A stretch of 64,000 nt of DNA from Octopus vulgaris (Eukaryota). Within the stretch, counting starts at the first letter, position 1; every line of letters starts with the position of its first letter. The translations under genes and the position numbers were made by a program. Below, piece after piece: positions 13,700 through 25,800 of this stretch. The notes under the pieces were generated by a model. That model saw only the letters and a program-made list of their open reading frames with translations. It had not been told where the DNA came from and ran no database searches. The stretch spans positions 25,110,001-25,174,000 of the forward strand of contig OX597830.1 in the NCBI GenBank assembly GCA_951406725.2, in the 5' to 3' direction.

Positions 13700-15631
13700 T
13701 GATAAATAATCAACAAACACTACTTAGGGTGGAGGATTAGCACAATCAATAGAATGTTGAAGGAAATACTCCATGGTATTTTTTCTGGCTTTTTCAACTC
13801 CCTCACGATCAACTTATTTAATTAATTCAACATAAAGATGACATTATCAAGAAACGAATCAGCATCCATATACAACTATTTCATTTTGTCATACGTTGAA
13901 GTTTGCTCAAATTGAAACAGCCTTTCATTCATCTAGGAGTGATAAAATAAGTATTGGTTAATATATTTTATCAGTTCAAATGACTATGCAGTTCCTCTAC
14001 AAATATGTGGTCTTGTGTCAATGTAAGAAACTATGATTTCTTACTTTAATAATGAATTTAAAAAAAAATTTACTTTGCACAATGCTACAATTTGTAACAC
14101 TGACACCAATAAATGCCAGTAGCTTATTTATCTTATAGAGTGAAGGGTAAAAAATTCTACAGGGATCACACTTAGAACATGGAAGACAACACTATTAGCT
14201 ATTCTATCAACCATTCAACATGTTCTATTATTGCTGCTGCTCTACTGGCTTTAATGATAATAGTTTATTACATATAAATATCTTATAGCGTTTTATATTT
14301 CTATCCTGCTGAACCTTCCCCAATGTCAATAATTGTTACAATACCAATTCGTGTTGAACCATCAACATCATGCCACGATGTAAATGAGTTGAACCAAACA
14401 CATTCTTGTTAATATTTTAATATGTAGCAAGCTGGCAGAACAGTTAGTGCACTGGCATTTTGTCCATCTTTACTGAGGTAAACTTTGCTTTTCATCCTTT
14501 TGAGATCAATAAAATTGGTACCAGTTAAATACTGAGGTCAATGTAATAGATTTATCCCTTCCTTCCGAAATTGTTGGCCTTGTGTAAAAATTTTAAATCA
14601 TTATTGAAGTTGCCAATGAATTGTCTATCCACCATAGATAAACAGAAACGGTACTCCCAAATAGGGTTCAATATAGTTTCAGTCTCCTGAATTTAACATA
14701 CAAGGCTTTGGTTGACCAGAACATATGGTAGAAGACACCCAAGGGGTTAAATCAGAAATCTTGTAGTCATGAAGTGAATTTCTTAACCACGTGGTTATGC
14801 TTGTTTATTTACTGAAAGAGAAGTATGCTTTTTGGTGGACTTTTATCAATGCATATATATTACCTCAGTGAAATGTTTCGCTTTGACCTAGGCAAGAAGA
14901 GAGGATACTTCATTGTATCTTCTGCTCATCTGCCAATTTTGAGTTCAAATGTAGTTGGGTCAATATTGACGTTTATACTCCAAAAGTAGATAAATAATTA
15001 AGTTTCCTATAATGGGAAATACTAATGGAAGGAACTAAAAACATGATTAATAACAAATGTCTCCTATGGTGTAATTTTTGTTTGTTAGTTTGTTTTTTTT
15101 AGTTTCAGTGTTACTAATATTGATATTTGTTGATTTCATTAATTTCTCAAACATCCAAATGTGAGTGTGTATATGAGTGAGTATTTAATAAACCTATGAA
15201 CATTAGCCTCAGCAAATATTTTGATCTTAATGAACCAAACTATGGATCCACTGTCAGTTCAAAATTAACTTTGGAATTTTTCTTTTTTAATTAATAAAAG
15301 AAGGGTTGATGGCTCTCCTGGCTTTTAAAAGCTTTCTCAGACTGATGAAACTGATGCTATTAATATTCATTTTGAATATCTGTAGATTGATGTTTGTACA
15401 GAAAAAAAAGACAGAATTCCAGAAGGTAAATAAATCTTAAGAGAAATGACTGAAAAAGCAGTTTGATTATAGGATCTAGGAGGAAAGTGATACATTAAAA
15501 ATGACAAGAAGAGGAGACGGAGACATGCACATTAGTAAAGCTATGAGGAAGTGGCTTACAAATTGCTAATTCAAAGTAGACACCATTGTAACAGCAATGG
15601 GAGAAGTGGAAACAAGATTCAGTGTTCTGTA

Positions 15632-15844
15632 CGAGGGGATGCTGTAAAGTTCCTGGCTTTGGATAAAAGAAAATACAAGAAAATCAGTTAATTATGATTT
15701 TATTCAACATGTTTTTCAGATTCACACACTTATTACAGTGGTCCTTCAGTTTTTCTAAGCCATGTAAAAGAACTCAGAAGGATGAGCCTCCAACCAGGCC
15801 TTTCACAACACCCTTAAAATTAGGAACTTTTCAGCAGCCCCTCA
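15632..15844. mobile_element. Mariner-derived MITE (second, partial inverted copy at about 42148-42325)
   Basis: TA|CGAGGGGATGCTGTAAAGTTCCT ... AGGAACTTTTCAGCAGCCCCTCA|TA inverted termini. Internal sequence recurs reverse-complemented at 42150-42325. Confidence 0.75.
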
Positions 15845-17895
15845 TATGTCTGATTTTCTACTCATTGAGTAAAAAGTGATTATGTAGCAACAGAGAAAAG
15901 GAACATCATATCTGTGAGACAGATGGATGTACCTTTTTTGGAAAGAGTCTTTTCCATTAGCCAAATAGCCTTGAGAAATAGTCTAGGATTTGTGTGGGTA
16001 TAGCAGCTGCTCTATTTCCATTGTTAAAAATTAATGGAGACTTTGCTCCTATTTTTAACATGTTGAACAACCATACAGAGGCTCCTTAACTTATTTTCAT
16101 TAGTTTACAAATGAAGTAATGGCTAAGATTTATGGACTTACCACATAGTAAAGTTTAACATAAATATTATATATACTAATATCAAACATAACAATGTGCA
16201 ATACTACAGTTAATGATGGATTAATTGCAAAGATATTTAGTGCAAAAAGATATTTAACACTATAAACATCAATCTCAGACAGAAATAAGTAACAGACTCA
16301 CCAACAAAACTAGTAAGATATTTATCATTTGCCAGGCAGCCATGCAAGTATGATAACTTGATTTAAAATGTCATAAAAGATTCGTTGCAGACTAATTTTA
16401 ATGAACTAAACAGGCTTAGCTAGAATAGTTGGAAACAATTACCAGATTTCAGATGGAAAACTCAAGTGTTTGGGTTTATTTGAATAGATAACTTAATTTA
16501 TGACAATTCAATTTTAATAATTGTAGTAATTATGATTATTTCTTCATAACACCTTGTCTTAAAGCTGTCAGCTAATTTGCAATATAGAAATATTCACTTC
16601 TGGGTCATCAACAATTTCATAGCATTAAATTGTATTTTATAAGCATCAACAGGAATAGCTTTTAAGATAGAAGTTTAAATTCTGACCCTTAACAATGATA
16701 TGCTAACTAGAATAAATTAAATTAACATTAATAATGTAAATAAAATCTTCAGATATTATTTATTCTTTAAAAAGATTTTATAAACAGGCATATAGCTATG
16801 TGGTTAAGATGTTCACTTTTTTGGAAAGAGCCTAGTTGAGCAATCTTGTGAATGAAATATTGCAGATGGAAACTGTGCAGAAGCCTGTTGCATATATATG
16901 CCACATATATATACACACACATATGCTTTTATGTATGTAAATATATATGACTATGCTTTTATATATCTAAATATATATGACTCATGTAAACATGGAAAAG
17001 TGGACATTAAAATGATGATATATATGGTAGTTGAAGTCCATCATACAATAAGGATTCAATTGTTCATTCAAATGACCTGAGAATGTTATGCTACCAACAT
17101 GTAATAACCCACAAGCTGAATTAGCATGACACAATGTATGACAAAGCTGTACCTTCTGAATTAAGATGCAACTTAGATGATGAGATTCTATACAGTTTCC
17201 GTCTACCAAATTTCACTCACAGTGTATTAGGTAACCTGAGGCAAAAAAAAAAAATTAATAACTTCTGCCCAGTTACTCTGTAGTGGGTTTGAACTCAGGA
17301 TATTGCTGTTGTGAAGTAAACTTCTAAACCATCTGACCATACTGTGCCAACACACACATGCATTATATAAATAATGTCACACAAAGTGTTGAATAAAATT
17401 TATTCATGTAAAGTTATTTTTAACATGCTTGAGTATACTTGGATATGATAAGACCTTTTGCTGTGGCGACAGTTCCAGGAGAAAATTCTCTGCCTAGACG
17501 GGGGGTGGGGAGCATGTTTTGGGGGCTAGGGATGATGTCATTGGATCATAGAATATATGTTTCTGTGTTGATCCACTTCGTAACCTACAGAAATCAGCCA
17601 TTCACAGACTAAATAAAGACAAAATTATTTAAAACATTTAGTTTTAAATAATTTTTAAAACAGACTTAGTTGAAATAGCTAAAGAAGTGAAACAATGCAT
17701 GATCCAATGACATCATTTATAGCTGTCAACTTCAATAGTCAGTCCCTCAGCTGGATCTACCTGGGAGTATCCCTCTTTCATGGTCTTGAATTCAATCTCA
17801 TAGTGTGGCACCTTAGATAAGTATCTTCTACTATAGCCTTGGGCTGAACAAAGCCTCGTGAGTGGATTTGATAGACAGTAACTGAAAGATGCTCG

Positions 17896-17944
<49 letters not shown>

Positions 17945-18123
17945 TTAATATTAGGGAAGTTATTTCTGAGTCCACAGGGGAGAGAAATTCAATTTAGTGG
18001 TACTAAAATGAATTTCTCTCTGTATTATACACATATATAAAAATAGGTGGTTCTGTCTCTTAAACCTATTCATATATATATATATATATATATACATACA
18101 TGGCATGTGTGTGTGTGTGTATA

Positions 18124-19003
18124 TAGTGTGTGATGGGTAAACTGTAACCATTTTATATTTTTTATTTTGTGTATGCGCATTGTTTGTTTTTTATTTTGTC
18201 AACTACATGGTATAGTAGGGTCAGTTGGACACTGTTTGTGAGAAAAACAGCACCATGATACAATTCACTCTGCCAGAAATTTGGAAACGACATGTTGTAC
18301 TGCTTGACATTCATACTAGAAGCTCCAATACGAACAGATGGTGAACACACAGAATAACCGTTGGCTTGCTGTGTCCCCAAAACATGTACCGAGAGTAATA
18401 AAAATCAAACATCCAGTCAACATCATGGTGTTTGGAGTGATCACTAGTGATGGCAACATTAAGCCTCCATTCACCTTCTCACATGGCCTCACACTCAACA
18501 TGGAGGCCTACATCAAGTGCCTGGAGGAGGTAGTGCTGCCCTGGGTCAAGAGGGTGGCTGCAGGGAGACCCTATGTCTGGCAACAGGACTGCACCATGCT
18601 ACACAAACAGGAGAACCTAGTCATGGCTGTCAGACAATTTCTGCAACCACATTACCCCTAACATCAGGCCACCTAACTCCTAGACTGCAACCCCCTTGAT
18701 TATTATGTATGGGGCACAGTGAGAGACCAACAAAACTCCTTATAACACCAAAGATGAAGTGAAAGTAAGGATTATGGCAGCATTCACCAACTTAAACAAG
18801 GAGACCATCCAGAAGAATTGCAGGAGATTCCAAAGTCATCTGGAGGCTGTGGTTGAAGTCAATGGTAATTTTATTGAATAAATTTACTCTTTAGTATTTC
18901 AAAATATTTTTATGTAAATTTGGTAAATATATCTGATAAAATGAGATGTCAGTGTTATTTTCATGTTTGCATAATTTAGATGACAATATATTCACCACAC
19001 CCT
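18124..19003 (+). mobile_element. Tc1/mariner superfamily maT-type (DD37D) element, internally deleted pseudo-transposase
   Basis: ORF 18338-18661 KHPVNIMVFGVITSDG...YVWQQD, continuing across frameshifts to RPPNS-DCNPLDYYVWG with 37 residues between the 2nd and 3rd D. Degenerate inverted termini in TA context. The 5' end recurs inverted at about 34150-34330. Confidence 0.8.
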
Positions 19004-19378
19004 ATATATATATATCTATTCACACACATAGCTCTATTTATATATATATTAATATATACACACACACACATATTTCTATTTATATGTGTGTGTATAAACA
19101 TAAATACGTGTGTATTTTTGCCTCCTTATTTTGACATTGCATAATAGTTGTGAACATTGTCACTATCACACAAGTGGTGTCATTCGTTCCCAGTCTTCCA
19201 TGAAGACATTTCTGGCAAAGGGGAAATATTACTTTACTTGGAAACAGATAAGGGTTGGTAACAGGAAGAGCAATCAGCCACAAAAAATTTACTGCAACAA
19301 ACTCTGTCTAACCTGTGCAAATATGGAAAAGTGGAGATTAAAAACAATGGTGCTGATGGTAACTCATTGCTATTATTA

Positions 19379-19819
19379 CTAGCTGGCCTCGTGCTGTCAA
19401 AAATGATGGCTAATTGCAGTATTTTATATATAAATAAGGATGGTAAATAAAATTAATACACTTGTCAATGTCCACGTACATTTACATACTTCCCTAGTAC
19501 ACACACATACAGATATACTCACACAGAGTTGAAATGCTGTTTGATTTTTCTTTTCAGCATTTGAATGTTCACCATCCCATTTCCATTGCACATGCATGCA
19601 CACACACACACAAACATTCACATACCTCCCTTTTATATACACACACATATACTGACACAGAGTTGAAACACTGTTTGATTTTTCTTTTCAGCATTGAATA
19701 TTCACAATCCCACTTCCAGTTTGATATCGCCCCTTCTTTCCTTCCTTATTCATCTATCACCCCTTCCTTTCTCGTTCATGTTATGATGGAGAAAGACACA
19801 AGAGTATTATTATAGTAGA
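19379..19819 (-). mobile_element. Non-autonomous Helitron-like element (same 5' end as 12295-13699)
   Basis: Reverse complement begins A|TCTACTATAATAATACTCTTGTG and ends ...GGCCAGCTAG|T. Confidence 0.55.
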
Positions 19820-19862
19820 TTATCATCTTTGTTATTATTATCATCATCATCATCATTATTTA

Positions 19863-22830
19863 AGGTAGTGAGCTGGCAGAATTGTTAGCATGCGAGGCAA
19901 AATGCTTAGTGGCACTTCATCTATCTTTATAGTGTGAATTCAAATTCTGTTGAGGTATTTCACCTTTCATCCTTTTAGGGTCAATAAAATAAGTACTAGT
20001 TGAGTTTGGGGTCAATAAAATAAGTACCAGTTTATTTTCAATTCTTTCCTGTATGTTTGGTACTTCCTAAACACATTCACTAGATGATATGCTAATTTTT
20101 TCTTATATTTAATTAGGACATCAGAATTTTCATTAATTGTTCAACCTGCTGACATCTGTCTTCTAAATGTTGCTATGTTCTTATGTATCATAATATTTAA
20201 AGAATTGTTATTATACCTCTTTTCTGGTAGTTTGATTATGAGATTGCATTCTTGGATTCCTTCTAGTATGAGTTTATTCAATTCTTTGTAGTCTTCCAGC
20301 CAGCACCAGATCTCAACCTGTAACCAGTAGAATCTTTCTTGCTCCTTTTATTTCTGCACTTCACATCTAAGCTACAGTTTCTTTTTTGTTGTTTTTGATT
20401 TAATTCTCAAAAATATTGGACACATAAAAGTTGTTCCAAGACATTACTATTACTATTGGTGAGCTGACAGAATTATGGGAGTATTGGATGAAATGTTTTG
20501 CAATATTTCGTCCAATATTTTTACATTCTGAGTTCAAATTCTGCCAAGGTCAACTTTGACTTTCATCCTTTCAGAATTTATAAAATAAGGGCCAGTTGTG
20601 TACTGGAGTCCGAAATTTCAGGCCTTGTGCCCTATATCATTTATCTTTTACTTGTCTAAGTCATTGGATTGTGGCCATACTGGTGCACCACATAGAAGGG
20701 TTTAGTTGAACAAATGAACCCCAGAACTGACTTTTGCCAAATTATTAAGTTACAGGGAAGTAATCAAACCAACACCAGCTGTCAAGTGGTGGGATTTGGG
20801 GGGAAAATATATACATATATGTATATACATATATACAATGAGCTTCTTTCAGTTTCTGTCTACCAAATCTATTTACATGGCTTTGGTTGGCCCAGAGTTA
20901 AAGTAGAAGACACTTGATCATCCATCTGTACATTCTGAGTTCAAATTTCACTGAGGTCAACTTCGTCTTCCATCCTTTTGGGGCCAATAAAATAAGTACT
21001 AGAAGAGTACTGGAGTTGATGTAAATCAGCTTGCTCATTCCCTTGAAATTATTGGTCTTGTACCAAAATTATTATTACTGTCTGTTAATATTTGTTTTAA
21101 GTATAGGAAAATAGTAATAATTCCAAGGTACCTTTTGATCTGGACTCAAATCCTGCTGAGGTCAACTTAGTCTTTCACCCTTTTTAAATTAATAAAATAA
21201 AGTACCAGCCAAGTACTGGGTTGGTGGTGCTAACTAATACCACCTTCTCTCAAAGCTGCTGGCCTTGTGCCTAAATTAGAAACCATTATTATTGTTATTA
21301 TAACATGTCTTACAAAGCCAGAATTCTTTTGTAAGGTGTTTATCTTTATTTAATTATAAGTTTCTTAATTTATCTTTGTATTCAAACTATTATTCAAATC
21401 ACATTTTTTCACAATCTTGAAATCTCTATCTTGACTTCTGACAATTGATAAATTTCTAAAAATTTCTTTGAACAATGTTACTGTTTCCAGAAGATTTATT
21501 TGTCTCTTTATTGAGAACCAAAATATCAAGCTATGTTATCTGACTTGGTCAGGTCAAACATCAAGTCCAATAATAATTTTCCTAGGAAACTTCCAGAAAA
21601 TTGAAATCCACATTTTCAGTATACATTCCAATGACGATGAGAAATTATTTTGTTACTGTGACATTTTAAATCCTGGTTAGCAAACATTTTACACCTTCTG
21701 ATATTAAATCAGTTTATATTCTCCTTATGAAATCAACATCAGTAGTTTTTTAGATATGAGTTTGTATTGAATACTTGATTTTAGGAAGCTACCAACAATT
21801 CTTTATTCTTCCCCTCTTTAAATTTCTTTTACACAACCAACTCTCAGAATCATAGACCTCAAGCTTGTTTGTCTTTCATATTGTTTTAATTCCCAGTTGC
21901 TCTATTTTCAATCATGCCTCATTTATATCTTATTTTAATGTTATTTCTGGGTAGAGAGCAGTGGACTGATTGTATTTAATTACCACATGGCATTTTGTTC
22001 ACTATTCTTGCAATTCAAAGTCAGCTTTGTCATTTATCTTACAGGTATCAATAGATACTAGTAATGCACTGGATTGAGGTAGTCATTTACAAATATCCTC
22101 AAAATCAAGATCTTATGCTTATTAGTCAATATTATTTCAAACTAGATTGAAAGCAGGTAATAAATACTTGAATAAAATTCAGTGCTTTTTGCAAGAAAAG
22201 AAATAGATTGGAAATTACTGTTTTTTATTAACTACACATCACTTAACAGTTATTATACATGTTTCTCTCCTAATTTTCTGACCATGTAAGTATCACACAA
22301 TATTAGGATGAAATTAGATATGGTTTTCTGTAATATTAACATTTTTGCATAATGACAGCTATAAAGTAATAACCAATGTTTTTTTTATTTAATCAATTAT
22401 TAGAATGGTGCATTGACAGAAGCATTAGCACATCAGGCAAAACACATTGCAGTATTTAACCATAGCTTTTTACATTCTAGTTTCAAATACAATCAAGCTC
22501 AATTTTAATTTCATTCCTCCTAGGATAATAAAATAAGGTACCACTCAAGAACTGAGGTTAATGGCATTGACTAACATCAATCCCTCAGATTTCAGTATTT
22601 GTGCTTATGTTAGAAGCAATTATAAGAGTGGTGAATTGGTAGAATAATAAAGCATCAGATAAAATGCCTTGCAGTATTTAATTACAGCTCTGTAAAGAAT
22701 TGCAAGTAAATAGTGAGTTCAAATCCCACCAACTTTAAATTTGTTATTTATCCTTCCAGAATTGATAAAGTCACATACATACTGAGTTTGATTTAATCAA
22801 CTAACTCCTCTAAATTTCTAACCTATGTTA
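19863..22830 (+). mobile_element. Cluster of co-oriented SINE family B copies
   Basis: Repeated motif GAGCTGGCAGAA...GAGTTCAAAT...GAGGTCAACTT...TTTCATCCTTT...ATAAAATAAGTACCAG at about 19865, 20457, 20930, 21140, 22000, 22410, 22630. Also at 6085-6210, 14425-14600 and inverted at 26880-26985. Confidence 0.7.
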
Positions 22831-23089
22831 CAAGTAATTATGTTTTCAACAGCTTTATGTGAGTTTCTGTAGCAGCTGTTGCTGAGGAGTATCCAGTATT
22901 GTCTTTGTCAAAAGGAGAATTGCATTTGTTTTCTGTATCAGTTTTGTTTTGCAATTTGGTTTCTTGTGTTTGATGATATTTAAGCGTTTCATCTGTTATA
23001 TAGAATATGTGCAATATCAGTTGATGGTTTAACGTTGAGTATTGTTTATGAAAAGGAAGATGTATTATTTCATTGGGTGTTGATTGTGT

Positions 23090-23375
23090 GAGAGAGAGCA
23101 GCATACTCACAGTCAAGGGATCATGGGTTCAAATCTCAGACCGGGTGATGTGTGTGTTTATGAGTGAAACACCCAAGCTCCACATGGCTCCAGTAGAAGG
23201 TAATGGCAAACCTCTGCTGATTCTTTCACTGCAACTTTCTCTCACTCTTTCCTCCTGCATCTAGAGCTCACCTGCGACAGACCGATGTTCCATCCAGGTG
23301 GAGAACCTATGCACCAATGAAACTGGGAAACTGACCCTTATGAGCTAGGCATAGCTCAAGAAGGAACAACAATAA
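23090..23375 (+). mobile_element. tRNA-derived SINE (family C)
   Basis: B-box-like GGGTTCAAATCTC head, body ...GGAAACTGACCCTTATGAGC..., and (AAC)n-like tail. Confidence 0.55.
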
Positions 23376-23466
23376 CAACATATATACATATATATATATA
23401 TCGGTAAAAATGTTAAGATAACAAAAGAAAGAAAGAGACCTCAATATTATGTAAAAAGAGGAAATT

Positions 23467-23808
23467 TATCTGTAAAATAATATGTGACAATTATTCGGTA
23501 GCCAAGATAAAACTCTGAGTTTCGGATGCCAAACGACGCTATTCTTCACTAAGAGTTAATACAGCTTTTTTGGATAATCACCAGACATCGGTTGAGGACT
23601 CTAACACACAGAAGAATTTAATATGGACGCCTATTACATAGATTATTCTATGAAAAACATACCAATACCATCAAGGGAACTATATTCAAAGAAACTTTTA
23701 GGTTTTCAGATAGCCAGATAAGAGATGGCGGTGTGGATTTCCACCTTGGCATCCGAAACTCAGAGTTTTATCTTGGCTACCACAAATAATTGTCACATAT
23801 TATTTTAC

Positions 23809-23813
<5 letters not shown>
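23467..23813. repeat. Inverted repeat, about 66-bp arms (23467-23532 / 23746-23813), probably an inverted Penelope-like terminal repeat
   Basis: Arms are reverse complements apart from a 2-nt indel and one mismatch. Spacer encodes DYSMKNIPIPS, reminiscent of PLE N-termini. Confidence 0.85.
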
Positions 23814-23848
<35 letters not shown>

Positions 23849-23897
23849 AATACTAAATTTCTAAATCTCTTGTAGAGACATGAACGGTGGTGGGGCG

Positions 23898-23991
23898 ATA
23901 GAATGGTTGTATACTGTCAATCTAACACGAACGTGACAGTACCCCCCTACTGTCACGTTCGCGTTAGATTGACAGTATACAACCATTCTAT
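23898..23991. repeat. Near-perfect hairpin: 44-bp stem, C6 loop
   Basis: ATAGAATGGTTGTATACTGTCAATCTAACACGAACGTGACAGTA-CCCCCC-TACTGTCACGTTCGCGTTAGATTGACAGTATACAACCATTCTAT, with one mismatch. Confidence 0.95.
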
Positions 23992-24021
23992 ATATATATA
24001 TATACATATACATATACATAT

Positions 24022-24340
24022 AAAATTAATACAAACAGCTAGGTGCAATATAACACCATAAAGGAAAAATTCAGTCATCACTAAATGTGACTAAGGGTAC
24101 CGAGACACCTACATTGTTAGACTTAGGATTAAAATACGCCTTGAGCTGTAGAATTAGTGCAAATGTATGTTTCTTCCCTACTCAGTATATGTGTATACAT
24201 TTGTGCTCTTCCTACATACAAGGAGTATTTTACACCTATTTCTAGCAATGTAGATGTCTCAGCACCCTTAGTCACATTTAGTAATGATTGAATTTTTCCT
24301 TTATGGTATTATATTGAGCCTAGTTCTTTATATTAATTTT
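24022..24340. repeat. Inverted repeat, about 100-bp arms (24022-24121 / 24241-24340)
   Basis: CCATAAAGGAAAAATTCAGTCATCACTAAATGTGACTAAGGGT versus ACCCTTAGTCACATTTAGTAATGATTGAATTTTTCCTTTATGG, with scattered mismatches. Confidence 0.9.
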
Positions 24341-24799
24341 TTGTGTACACGTTAGCATTCCACTAAATCAGCCATAGATTTCTATGGTAAATACATATAT
24401 ACTGACTGGTGGAATTAGCTGATGCCAGCCAATTGGGCAGCTCTCAATGACGAAGCATACAGAAATACACAAAACTAGACATCTAATCTGAGAGATTCTC
24501 AATTTGATCACGGGGCAGTTTCTTCCCCAGTCAGCATATGTGTATAGTGTATGCATATATATATGATGCGTCTGTGTTTGTCCCCCACCTCTGCTTGAAA
24601 ACTAGTGCTGGTGTGTTTACATCCCTAAAACTTAGCAGTTTGACAAAATAAGTAACAGGCTTAAAAAAAAAAACTAAATTCAAAATATAAATGTGGAAAT
24701 TTTGCATTCCTACTCAGATAAAGTGATATCAATTTTCACTTTCATAACTGGTAAAAGAAAAAGGAAAAAAAGAAAAAATAAGGAAAAGAATACTTAGTC

Positions 24800-25800
24800 A
24801 AACAGGTGATAAAATTCACCTGCCATTTTATTCTTTCCTCAAGTGTGTGATGTTAATAATTCACAAATATACTTGTTCTCATGCATTTTGAGGACTGAAA
24901 GTGTAGTAGAGTCAGAATATTTTCTGAGAATGTGCACTTTTAGGTGTTCCTGAAAATTGCAGCTGTTTGATGTAAAATGTTCAACAAGTTCTGTTGAACT
25001 ACTACTATTGGGCTTGGCATCATACCTATGCCCATTGAATCTTTTGTTTAATTGTTCTGTTGGACAACCATCATAAATCAAGTTGCATTTGGTGCATTTT
25101 ACCGTGTATACCAAATGGGAATCTTTACATGTCCCACATGTATAAATCATAACATTTCTGTTATGATTTGTGATGAAATTGACTTGACTCCAGCTGTTGC
25201 ACAATGAACAGGGCTTACCTCTTTTGCGGTTGTTTTTAAGGTGCAGTATTCAGAAACTCCAATGGTAGTTTTCTTGGAGTTAGAGGAAGTGGTTAATATT
25301 TCTCTTATATTTTTTATTGTATCTAAAGGCTAAAATAAGCAGCTGAGGAAATATTTGTTTGAAACGAGGATATTTTTCTGCAATATGCAACTTTCATGCA
25401 ATATTTAAAAAATTCTAGTGAAATTTCAGTGCCAATTAATCACTACAGGAATTCAATCACAAATTTTACTTCAGTAGCTGAAATTATGTATGCAAGTTTT
25501 GCCTTTCCTTGCTAATTTTAGCAATGTCATTCGTGATTTCTTTTAATGACAATTCACTGTAACTTCATTTGTCATATTGGCATACAAAAGAATTTACATG
25601 TTTCAAGTAAGCTGTTATGTCAATACAAATTCCTTTTATACTCAAAAACTGGGATTTTGGATTTGACTTAATTGTATGATGTGTTTGTTCAGAGCAACAG
25701 TGAAGGTAAATGTGGGATGATGTGGGCTTGCAAAATAATTCTGTCACTATTCATCCCCCTGATAATTTAAACTTGTGTATGAAAATTCAACACTAGATGT
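24800..25800 (-). mobile_element. Penelope-like element remnant (RT C-terminus plus GIY-YIG endonuclease)
   Basis: TELFCKPTSSHIYLHCCSEQTHHTIKSNPKSQFL (25565-25747) then TCKDSHLVYTVKCTKCNLIYDGCPTEQLNKRFNGHR...LVEHF...ENKYICEL (24839-25204). Confidence 0.8.
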
